A stretch of DNA of 64,000 nt, from contig NW_003526946.1 of the NCBI RefSeq assembly GCF_000181795.1, positions 69,677 to 133,676 on the forward strand. Direction: 5' to 3'. Shown here one piece after another: positions 47,947 to 60,456 of the stretch. The stretch comes from Trichinella spiralis (Eukaryota). The notes under the pieces were generated by a model that searched no databases, had not been told where the DNA came from, and was given only the letters and a program-made list of their open reading frames with translations. Numbering within the stretch: the first letter of the stretch is position 1; each line of letters opens with the position of its first letter. The translations under genes and the position numbers were made by a program.

Positions 47947-50900
47947 ATGTCATCCAATGATGTAATCTATCCAGAAAACTGTTCTCCGCTGACAGCCAAT
48001 TTGAGTTCTAATGATTTAGTCAAACGATTGAAGGTTAGTTGTGGAAAAAATTTTTTTTGCTCATTTAATGTTTTTTGCGTAGGTACTTTCGAATGCCCTC
48101 GGTAAGTTGACTCAAGAAGAGGCTGCAGAAACTGATTATCGAAAACTAGCCATGTTTCTTAAATCACTTGAACTGATGAATCATAAAAGCAAAGAAGTTA
48201 AAGTTTTCCTGGCTTGTTGTTTTGTCGAATTGTTTCGTTTGTACGTTCCTGCTGGTCCATTTGAGGATTCGTCTGATGTTTTCGTAATTGCTTGTTGATG
48301 CTTAAAAAAAGTTTCTAATAACTTGTGAAATAGGCTGTTCAAAGTTTTCTGTTGGATGAATTGAAAGCCATTGCAACTGCAAAAAATCATTTATTCGGTC
48401 ATTACTATTATATACTGGAGGTAAGAAGTATTTCAATTTGTTTATTATTCCCTTATCTGTTTATTCTTTAAGACCATATCAAATATTAAAGTGTTTAATA
48501 TCCTCATCGATCTGCCAAATGCAAGTGAAATGGCACTCAAACTGTTCAAAGCATTGTTCTTCATTGCAAGAATAAAGGAGGATGAAAAAATTGTAAATCT
48601 GAGCACTGAAATTATTGACAGCTTGTTGCAAGAAATGGATTATCTTCCTGAAGAATGTGTAGACTTTTTAATGGAACATTTGGTTGAACCTTTGAAAGTA
48701 AGTTGTATAAAATTTTACAAGTCAAATATAGCATTTATGAGTCGCACTGCATTAATTTTTTCTTGTAACTTTTCATCATGAAAATTCAATTAATAATGTA
48801 TTAAATTATAATTTTTATTATGTATAAATGATAATTTAAAGTTGTGCAGTTTTTTTCCACCAATATTACTTAAATAGGTAGTTGTATTATTTATATGCAG
48901 ACTGATTTTGAACGGCAATTCATACTATTTTAAAGGAGAAATTGAGTTTTAAGAAAATAATATGAATTAAAAAATATTTTTGTTCACCGATAAAGGAATA
49001 TCTTTATAATTTAACACCATTTGCCTATATTATATATATATATATATGTATGATTTGTATTTGCTAAATTACTTCAGTCCATAAAATAAATATTTTTCGA
49101 TTGTTAGTTTTTTTTTTCTTATTTTTTTGGGCATTCCTTTCCAATCAGTTTTTTTTCAACGGTCAAACTTTAATTATAGATTAGTGCTCTGATTTGTTTG
49201 CAGAGTTGATCAAAGTTGATAATGCCACGCAATCACACACTATTTCACAGGTTGCATATTTTAGAGCACTTTTGACATTCATCTTTTCATACAAGTAATT
49301 ATTAATTTTCACTAACTACTAATTTTATTCATAAAAAAAATTTAAAGTGATTAAGAAGAGTGCTACGTATTATTTACTTATTTATTTTTGGAATGGGTGG
49401 ACAATAGAAAGATGCGCTGTTTACGACATGTTCTAATGCTGCAACTACAATTCATAGGAATGTAACAAATTATGGAATGTAGGCAATGTTTGGCTGATAA
49501 AATTAATGTTAGTTGTTGAATTCTTCAAACCTCAATGTCATCAGGGTTCAAAAAGTAACTATTCGTTGTTACAGTACATTATTGAAACAATGAAGTTCAT
49601 AATACGAAAATTACTGTAATTTTATATTTGTATTAGTACTTTTATATTTATTGTTAAAATTGATAATTTGTAAATAACTGTTTAATAAAGTGTAATTGAT
49701 TAATTAATAAATTTTAATTTATGAATTATTAAGTTTTAGTTTTAAGTTTACCCATCATGTGTAAGTGTATTATTAATTTTGGTAGCATTTATTTGTAAAT
49801 ATTTTTTACGAATGTTTGATGTGTTTCATCAGTTTATAATTTTTCAAGGTATTCCATTAATATACAGGAAATAATTTTAATACTGGCATGACTATAATGT
49901 GAAATGCTTCTAGTCCGAAGAAGTTAATGCTTATAAGTTTGCGAAAAAAATTCTGATCAAAAGCGAAAATTATATTAAAGCATCTTTGAGTACGGTAAGT
50001 TTCATCGGTCAGGTAAATGTTTTTTGTTGATGTTTCTGAATTGCATATGTACTGCAGGCATTGGGTAGTGCGTTGTTGGAAGAAGAATGTGCGTATCATT
50101 TTATCTGGAAGCATTGTTGTAGCGTTATCGTTGAACTGTACCGTGTAAACCCAGTTTTTGTTATGAATATTGTGCCGATGCTAGAGATCAAATTCAAGGT
50201 TCAGTTTTCCTTTTTATTATGCATTTTTTCAAAAGCAACAATTATGACAATTTTTGAAGAGCGTCGAAGAATCTGAGCGATTGAACGGAATACGTTTTTA
50301 TGAAAAGTTGGCCACCGATTCAGACTTCAACGTCATCAATGACCATCCTTTACTGTGGAAGCAATTTGTCGGCAGGTATTCCATGTTTGATTTGCATAAA
50401 TTTCAAAGAAGTTTGTTTACATTACAAGAAAACGCTTTATGTTGCAGATTTAGTGACATATCTGCTAACGTTCGACTGGGGTGTGCTAAAGTGATTGGTG
50501 AAATTTTGTCGATTCATCCAGAATTGACGGACGAACTGACCGGTCAGTGATCGCAGTGCAGTAGATTGTTTAATTGCAAAATTTTCCTTGTGGTGCTCGC
50601 TTTAGAAGTTCTGGTGATGCGTTCAAGGGATACAGAGGAGTCGGTTCGATTGGAAATACTGAACATAATTTTAAAATTAATAAAGAGCCACACGAAAAAT
50701 TTGAACAACGAATTGTTGAATTCTGTCGGAGCACGTACTTTGGATAAAAAAGTTTGTTTTTGAAATGAAATTTAATAATCCAGTTTACATGTGCACTTTG
50801 CATACTTTGCAGTTCAAAGTTCGTAAAGAGGCTTTGCGTTGTTTGGGAGCGTTGAATCATAAAATTGTGTCCTGTAAACTTGAAGACGTAACTGAAAATT

Positions 50901-53900
50901 TGGACACTACATCCATTTGCAGCAAACTACTTCATACTTATTACAGTACAAACTTCGACGATAGGTTATTAATTTTAAGAAAAGTTTGGGATCTTGGAGG
51001 AGGATGAATCTTTAAGATGCAATTGTTCTTTTATTGTAGAATATTGTGTGAAAAGCTGTTGTACACGTCGATTGTACCGTTCAAGCTGCCTTGTGAACAG
51101 AAAATGAATATTTTGCTAAACGTTTACGCTACTATAGATGAACCTGCCGTGAAGTAAGCATAAAACTGGAAAAAAATGTTCATTTCAAATTGTTTTATTT
51201 CAGGTGTTTCAATGAAATTATAAAACAACAGGACAGGTAGTATATTTGCATATTTTTTTTTCAATTTGAATTTTTTCATATCGGTTATTATTTTGTAGCA
51301 CTCGATTATTGATGCGATCTATCATCAACTTGGACAAAGGTGACGATGATAGTAGTCGATTTAATAAAGTATTGGTGAAAATTAAGCAACTTGCCGGTGA
51401 GGAGTGCTCAAAGAATATATGATATGTTTGAAAAGAAAAATCACAACTGGTCGATCATATTTGTTGTTTGTATTTCATTTAGAAACATTCACAAATAGCT
51501 TAAAAGTGACTGAACATTTGAAGCAGTTTTTTAGCTGCTTGCAAAAAGACAAACGCATGTTGAATTTAGTTGAATCGTTGATAGACATGAAATACAAAAC
51601 GAATGAAGTTGAACCAGTGGTGGTAAGATGCGCATTTTACTTGGATGATTTTTGAGAAATTTGATTTTATTCAATTTTAAGAAAGAAATTATGTCCAGAT
51701 TAGCCAAAGAACGAAAAGATATATTGTCAGTGGCACGGTTGCTCCTTGAAAGGGCTTCTCCCGTGCTACTCGACGCGGATGCGCTGGACGTGTTGTTTGA
51801 ACTAGTGGAGAATGTAGTTCTTGGCACGCAATCTTTGCAGGGTATTAGTGAAGATCATTACCGTTCGCGAAGCTTAGATCTTCTTTTGGTGTGATGTTCG
51901 CTTGTGATCTTTTTTTATCCAAGATGATAGATATATGTGTTTTTTAGCTATTATCGTGCGCTTTTTCGCAAGTATTTTCCACTGAAACTTCACTTCAAAT
52001 ATTGATCGGTTTTTTGAAAGAGCAAAGCGAAGCGACGGTCGTGGAAATTGCACTGCAGATCATAGCTAATGTGGCTGCAAATTTTCGAACCTATCCCCGC
52101 TTGCAAGGGTCTGTTTTCGGGAATAGTTTCACAAATTTCATTGTTTCTATTAAATTTTATTCACAATTTCAGATTGCTCATTTCAATATTGAAAAAGTTG
52201 ATCGAGAAAGGTCCGATGAAACAAGCGAAACATGCTGTGAAATGTTTCCACAAACTTTGCGGCGACGACAATCGATCTTCTTTTGCCGCAATGTTTCATG
52301 TAGCTTTTTCTTTTAAAAATTAATATGAAAAATGAAACCAAAAATATGTTTAATATTTGTTTTTTCTTTTATTTCATTTAGGGTCTGAAAGTTCGCGCTT
52401 TGGAACAAGAAACAGGACTTGCAACAATTCTCACCAGCTTGGGATGCATCGCCACTTGTTGTCCGAACATTTTCTACGACGACGTGAAATGCGTCATTGA
52501 TCACCTTCGCAATGCTTTGTTTGTATGGTGGCTTTTTGGAAAACAAAAATGTATTTTTTTTTCAAATTGATCATAAATCAGTTTTTAGACTTCGACGGGC
52601 GAATCGTTCGATGACAGTTTGCAGACAAAAGTATTTTTTATCGTTTTTTTAATATTAATATGAAAATTATTGGAAAACAATTATTGTTGCATATTGTATG
52701 CAGATTGCGTTTGTGCAGCTGATCGTGAGATGGTTGGTGAGTTCGACGTCGGCGGATTGTGCAGAAGTGCAAAATTGCATGCAATTTCTCATGTCTTTGG
52801 TCACGATGACAAATGAGACGAGAAATGAATTGAATCTGAAGTTTGTTGGACAACTGTTGTGGAAAATTTTTGCAAACTTAATTGAGAAAATTTTTTTCTT
52901 TTCTTTCTTTTTTGCTCAGGAAGGACGTGGCTTCTGCAATGAAAGTTGCAGCGGGATGCGGGATGTTGAAATTGCTTCAGTTGAAAATATTTCGACAATT
53001 GTTGACCGTTCAACAGTACAGAGAAATTGCGTTTTTAACTTTTGTATGACTTTTGAATTTTGTCATACAAATAGCAATATTAATATAATCACAGTCAGTC
53101 AGTGTGTATGTGTGTGTGTGTGTGTGTGCTTTTAGGATTCTTCTGACGTTGTTCGGGAAAAATTTCTAACCAAACTTCAAAAATATGTGAAAGATTTGAA
53201 ATTGTCAATCAAGTTCATGGCATTTTATCCGCTGATCAATTTGGTATCGTCTGGGAATAAAAAAGTGCTGGACAAGCAGAAGAAAATGTTGCAGCAATCA
53301 TTACTGTTCAACATCCACCGGCGTCGTCAATTTGTTCGATGCAATCCGGCTGTACAAGCTGACAGGGGTGTGTATGGCTCATATTGTTGTTTTTTTGGAA
53401 AGTGAATTCAGATTTTTAACATATTTATTTTAGCGATTTTATTGGAATATTTACCCGAATATTATATATGTTACGTTATATATTTGCTTTCCTATTGGCC
53501 GGGCTTTCGCAAGCACGACGACATCAAAGCGCTGACAACACTTCGAAAGTACACTCACTCACTCACTGACTGAGCTTTTTCATATTTCATTGATTTGTAT
53601 TGTTCATTTTCAAGATGTTTGTGGTTTGCCATCGAGCCGTTGACAGTGAAGAAAGAAGGCGATGAATTTAATTATGATTTTTTATTTTACTTACTCATCG
53701 ACTTGAAGCACACGAAGTTGCAGAACGAACTGGAAAATACACAACAGAATGAGGTTTTTATTTTGTCAAGAAAAATTGTTTAAATTATTATCATTTTTTG
53801 TTGTTTTGTAGAAATTTTGGGCTTTGTGCGATCTGGCGTTGTTGGTTTTGAACGTATCACCTCATGATATTTTAAAGAAGGGAACGTCGGCAAGGCAGAG

Positions 53901-54768
53901 GAATGTTTTGCCGACGAGATTTTTCAACGTCTCTTTCAAGATGGCGCCGAATATCTCTTCCTACTTACCGGTAGAAATGCAACTAGGGGAAAAGCATGAA
54001 AAGCACAAGGTGCGACAAGTTGCTGGCTTGTCTGCTTCGACTTCAATTTTACGAAACCAGAGCAAAGAGTTGTCTAAAAGAGACACCAGTAGAGGGCTCG
54101 ATTTGGAGGATTCTTCCTTGGATGAAAGCAAATTATTAGTTGAACAGATGACGACGGCCAACGGCCCGGCATCGCCGACTGTGGAAATTGTCCGCAAAAG
54201 GGGAAGGCCGCGTAAATATGCTGTGAATACTGGTGAGTCGGGCGTGGCGACACCGGTCGCCAATTTTGCGGGCTCGTTACCAATTGACAGCAACAAGAAT
54301 GGCGTGGATGATGCAGGGGAACACCGAAAGCGGAAAGAACAGCCGGACAGCAGCAGTGGTAGTGGATGTTTAGCATTGGATCAGGATGGTTCCAATTCTA
54401 AAAATGCGTCCGAAGCCGAAGCCGAAGGCTTGTCATCCGACGTCGGTGAAACACCTCCCCGCAAGCGTGGCAGACCTCGGAAATATCACATTCCGCAGAC
54501 GAACGGCTCGTCCGCTAGCGAAAGCTCAACTCCAAAATTGGACTGCGAACAACAACAGCAACAGCAACAGCAAAGCGACTCTGCCATTGGGATGCCAAGC
54601 CGAAAACGCAGTGCAGAAGTTGAAGAAACGACGACGCCGGAAACAACAAAGCGGAAACGAGGTAGGCCGAGGCGGCAGACATTCGACCCAAAGTTACCGA
54701 CCCCCGCCACTCCGTTAGTAATTACCAGACGGAGCGCTAGAATAAACAGAAGAAGAATGACACAATGA
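47947..54768 (+). CDS. PDS5: Sister chromatid cohesion protein PDS5 (evl-14 homolog); over 20 exons
   Basis: MSSNDVIYPENC...LVKRLK; HKSKEVKVFLACCFVELFRLYVPAGPF; LWKQFVGRFSDISANVR; RSRDTEESVR; RTLDKKFKVRKEAL; LLERASPVLLD; GPMKQAKHAVKC; LPEYYICYVIYLL; CLWFAIEPL; WALCDLA; C-terminal AT-hooks; stop at 54768. Confidence 0.95.
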
Positions 54769-55166
54769 AAGCGAATCATAAACTAGCCATATACATATAC
54801 ATATCCATATACATGCATACATATGGGGGATAAAAAACTAGCACAAGTGATCAAATCAGGACACGAGAAACCGGGTTATATACTAATACTGTTGTGAAAT
54901 CACAAGTCTAGATTAGTGGTTAAAATTGCATTTTATTATAATAATGCACACACATACATTGCATGAAGTTTGCCATTTAGTTTTTACCTTTTAATACGTA
55001 GCATGTTTTATTGCATTTCAATACTGTTTGTATTATACTGTGTGTATAATATATTGAATGTTGTCATTTTGTACCAGACTTTCAATTAAACACGTTTCAC
55101 AAAGAAAAAAGAAAGATTTATTTATTATTTAGGAAACAAAAATCAATGTGAAAAATGAATACATTT

Positions 55167-58100
55167 TCATTTCTGCCTTTTGCCAACAATGCCTTTGAAA
55201 ATACTTTTCGATTTTCGCTGCTGTCGACGTCTAAGCAAGCGTTTGTCCAGAGGAATATAAGCGTAAGGTTCCAAATTGGATGTTCTCTTGTGAATGCCAG
55301 TATCTTTCCTTTTGTGCTTTTCCACTTTTGAATTCTTCTTTTTTGCTACTTGCCGTTTAATGGGATGATCAACAACTTCGCTATGTCCACTTTCTCCATC
55401 ATCATCATCCTCGTCTTCTTCTTCTTCTTTGTCAAATTCATACTCTTGGTGTTCAGCTTCATCCTGCAGCATTTTTTCATCATCATCATCAATAATGATT
55501 CGACCATCTTCTGCAATTGCAAAATCATCTTCTTCAAACAATTTCTTGTTCATTTTTTTGTCTTTTAATATTAAATGTTTGTCCAGATTGAGATCGAGCA
55601 AATCGGCAATCTCGTCGTCAGCCGCTTCTTTCAAATTCACGCTAACAGTGGAAGCTGCTTTTTTCATCACTTTCCTCCTCTGAGTCATGTTGGTCGAATT
55701 TTGCTTCGGATCAAATAGCAACATTCTCACCGTATCTGGTTTGGTAGTTCTTGCAGATTTCAATGATCTCCTGCCGGCGGTGATTTGAGTTTTGCTTCTA
55801 TTCTGCTGCTTCAAGCCCAACTTTCTGCGCATCCGCACCGCTAGCAGCTTGCGCACGGCAACAAGACGCTTTCTTGCTTCTTGCGGAGCAAATTTGGCCA
55901 CCTCTTCAAATGAATACTGTCCGATCAGTTCTTCCAACACTTCTCTAGTTTTGAAACGAAAATGCCTGGCGCAGACGCAGTTCTGCTTGAATAGCGCTTC
56001 GACGATCGTCCTGAAATACTGATCACAAACGTAACTTGGCTGCGTCTTCAAAAAGCCCAAATAGAATTGCAAACACGAAGCAACCACTGGTCGTTGGTCA
56101 CTTCTGATCAACTTGTCCATCACTTGCATCATTTTGTCCAACAGTACAGCCGGCAGTTGATACTTGAACAGCAAAAATCGAAATCCGTACACTACACTGC
56201 AAATGTTCGACGCACTGTTGCTTTGCAAATTCAAGCGGTCCAGCAGAATGTCCATTACCTCTTCCAAAGCCAGATCCCTGGTGCCGCGGATTTTTTCTAA
56301 AAATTCCACCACTGCGAACAACAAATTCGCCACACACCGTTTCAATTTCGCATTTCCACCGTGAACATCATCGAACGCTTGGACAAGCCATTTTTTCAAA
56401 TCGATCACTTCACTCGACTGCAAGTGATCAATTATGGCCAGAATACAGTGGTAACGACGCGCTTTGACTGACAAAGTCAACTTTTCCTTGGGCAAATTAT
56501 CAATAATAACCATAGCTGGTTCAATTTTCATGTTGGTGGTGGTCGTATTTTTCAAAACTGCTTCCAAAAGTTGGTAAACCTTCTTCTTCAATGTACATTT
56601 CTCGTTCAGTTTGCAGTCATTGGTCCACAAAAATTCCCAAACTGCCTCCAAAGCCGCGGCATTCAAATGCGATGCCAACATTACCAACATATCCATCGGC
56701 TTTTCCACGTTCAGATGTTCGTTTTGCAAGTCGTCGCCGATCCGTTTCAAACCGAAACTGGCCAATTTGGATTTCAATTCATCGCTAGCGAACGTGAAGC
56801 ACCTCTTCACCGTGGCTGCCAATGCCAATTTCACTGCCACCACCGACGAATCGTCGTCGGCCAAACTGCTGCAGCAGTACAGCTTGCAGAGCAGTGGTGA
56901 AATTCGATCGCAAAATTTTTCCAACTCCAACCGACTATATGCTTCTGTGTGCAACAAATTTCTGATCGCTTTCAGCACAGTCAATCTCAAATCCGGCCTC
57001 TCTGTCAGCGAAGTTCCAATCACATCGCACAATTTATCCAAACAAGCTGGCAAATCGACTGCATTTCGACAAAAGCTTGGAAACAAATTCCAAATTTGCT
57101 TTTGCAAAAATTCGTACAATTTCGCGTTGCTTTCATCTCTCTGCTGTTCGGCTAAGCAAGAGCAAGCGAACAATTTCAATCGGATTGCCATTGGAAAATA
57201 ATATTCAAGAAAATATTGGATCCTGGCACAACGTACACTGAACGACAATACTTTCAACATCCAAACTTGGGATAGATCTACCGGTACGCCCGGCGCGACT
57301 GCTTGGTCGAATTTCAACCGCACATGTGTCATCACCTCTTCTACACCGACGTGCTTGATCATAATGGAAAATAAATTTTCAATCATAGTCGACTGTTTCA
57401 ACAGCTCGTGATTGTTGTACATCTCGGTGAGGTTGTTGGTGAAAATTTTCAACTCGTCCAATTGGGAAACGTAGTTGCCAAAATTTTCAAAAAAACATCC
57501 GCACAATTCAAATGCAACAGCCGTTGTGCATTGCGCTTCGACTAGGTCGTGGAAAAAGCGACTGAAGAGACTGAACAACGACTTTGCATAATTTTTCTTC
57601 TCTACAAAACAGTTTTTCAAAAGTAATCGAACAACTTTGGCACTTTTTTCAACGATCCTTTGGCTGGATGATGACAACCAAGGCATCGCGTCGACGATCA
57701 ATTTTTCCGCAAAACTGCTCGCCAACTTGTCATCCCGCTCTTCTAGACAAAGAATTGCTTCGACAGTCGTATCCAACCAGACGATAAAAAGATCTGCTTT
57801 CAGAAAGTTGGGTCGGAAGTCACCGAGCGCGAGAATAAGTTGTGCATTCAACTTTGTACATATTGACGGCTTCGTGCTGAACATACATTTCAGTAAATCA
57901 AAGCCTAAACTGCAGAGGCTGCCTTCGTCGTCAGCCATGTGAGTTAAAACAAGTTCACTTTGCTTTCTTATGTAATAATCACCCATATATGGCAAGACCC
58001 GCTTCAACAAACAAAATATATATTCCACAATACGTTGCTGTTCGCCATTGCTTTTACATTCAAGATGATGCATGCAAAATTTGGCGCATAAATTCACTGC

Positions 58101-58992
58101 TGGATGAACATTGGATGAGTTTTCATTTTTTCCCAAAATCACATGCAAAACCGCAATACACGCGTAACGGCGAAGTCGATGTTTGCAATTGATGGAATAA
58201 GACAAAATTGTGTTCAGCATTTCCGCTGTACTAGTATATTGCCAAACGCTGTTCGGCTGTACTTTCAACAATATAGCCAAACAAATTAAAGTATGACGCA
58301 ACAGTAATTCTTCTTCGGTTCCAGAATATTTACGCAGGAGAGTGTAAAAAATTTTCGATACGTCAGAAAAACGAGAAACGAGCAAAGTCGACGGAACTTG
58401 AGGCATCACTTTGGCTAACAAAAATGTCACTGATGCGATACTATTCTTGTCAGTTGTTTCTGATAGCAATACGCACAATGCGGCAAAATATTCGACCGCA
58501 TTCTCGTTACCACCTTTGTCTTTAATTACTTTTGAAATCGCCGTTATTACACTGATAACACTTTCACGAAACTCAAAGTCATTTCTAAATTATACAGTAG
58601 AAAAATTATGCAATATATAAATTGTTTCTTTCATTAATTTACAAATTATATGTACCGCATTTCATTGGAAACCTTTAATATGCTCATATTCGTACACTGC
58701 GTAATAGCCGTAAACTTGGATACACATGAATCGTCGCTGTCAACTGACATGTTATCAACAGCTGGTTCCGATTTATTTCTAACAAATGCCTAAATATTCA
58801 ATTTACTTTTAAAATTTAATCAATTTAGATACAAAACCTGAATAACACAAAGCGTTCAAGTACATTTTGTGCAACAAACAGGCCTGATTTAGCTTGCTGA
58901 CGATGTTTATTATATTCTGGATTGGAATCACAGCTATGTCCCTTCGCCCATTTTTGTTTTGTAAATAACTTTCTTTTTATTTGCTTCGGCAT
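55167..58992 (-). CDS. RRP12: RRP12-like HEAT-repeat ribosome biogenesis/export factor; 3 coding exons
   Basis: Exon 1 (58992-58864) has KWAKGHSCDSNP...KHR. Exon 3 (58584-55167) has EYFAAL, LNAQLILALGDFRP, QIWNLFPSFC, RPDLRLTVLKAIRNL (NUC173 region), DGRIII, GIHK...LEPYAYIPL and KFKG-like SIFKG. Confidence 0.93.
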
Positions 58993-60456
58993 ATTTAACA
59001 GAATCAATACAATTATCGATTATAACTCAATACAGTATACTTTATCATAATTACAATTAAAGTAAAATCTTCTACAGTATGATTCACAATGATATTTAAG
59101 TTGTTACTGTAGAAATAAAAATTGTGATTTGATAGCACTCAGTTAGTTTCAATTATCAACTGTTGCTTACTTAAATTTTATGAAAATAAAAATAGTGTTC
59201 TTATTACCCACTGTGTAACTGGCATTTTAGTTTTTCTTATTTTAGTTTAAATAAACGAAATAGAATGCCAGTTAATGAAACATGCATAAGAAAATTTATT
59301 TGATTTAAAATTCAGCTTGAATATCGTTTTTTATCATTTATTTTGAAAATTAAATGAGTCTTTTAAAATCAAAAATCTGAACAATATTAAATCTAAACAT
59401 GTAATTTTTAATTTATTTCTCAAAAATTACGCTAAAAATGAAATTCTGAATATTACTGACGATAATTACATTAGCATATTTTTTTATTTGTAAAAAAATT
59501 CATAAGTAAAATAAAAACATACTTTATTTTCAATATATACTGTAATTGTTTTTGATAATTACAATGGAGGCGTAAATTCTTTTTTCCAAGCGAGTATTCA
59601 GTGCCTGTGTGTAGTAATCATTGAAACCTGCACTCTGTTTTTTATGACTTGTTAACAGAACACCTCGAATAGCCTCTGAATATGTTAATGGAGCTTCTAA
59701 TGGTGTTCTTACAATTTTAGTTGCTGTTTAGCGTCGTTTGCTTTTTATTTTGGTATGAAATGTGCGACATTTTGCATTTTTGATTTGATGAATATGTTGC
59801 AGTTCTATTAAGTTTGATGAACAATTAATAGTTGAACGATTTATTTTTTTCTTCAATGTATATCACATGTTTGTACATATGATTGTTTCGTTTTTTAGCT
59901 TGCTGTTTTTGTTGTGAATAATGTATGACGCTGCATGCATTTACGGACGATAAAATTTAAGATCTTTTATATGCAGAATTTTTATTAAGTTTTTCTTTGT
60001 TTATTTCTTTTCAATTCATTTAATCGATATTTGTGTAAGGTTGTTCGTTTTTTTAAGATTGCCATTGTAATGAATGATTTAGTGTCACACGGTAAATAGG
60101 TAGATTGAACCGAGAATAGGAAATGCTTGACATGAGGGCATTATTTTATTCCAGCGTTTTGAAGTAACCATTTTACGGTGTATTTTATACTTTGAATTGT
60201 TTTTTTTAATTATTTTGTAATTGAACTAGCTTTTGATCTTTTGTTCAGTTTATTATTAGAATGCATATTAAAGAGACGTGAAAAAAGGATTTTCACTGTT
60301 AACTCAGTTTGTTATATCTTTTCAAGGTTTTATTTCTGCAGTGTATGATTTTGTATGGTATTTTTTTGATGTTTTATTGTTTTCATAGTTCAACTTTGTG
60401 ATATATTTTCAGAGTTCACATGGAACGAATCTGCGAATGAAAACTTTCTGCTTCTA

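Noticed and set aside
55346..58192. Many antisense and alternate-frame ORFs over RRP12, with similar ones over PDS5, the integrin and the kinase
   Set aside because: Shadow ORFs of real coding exons, with no independent motifs.
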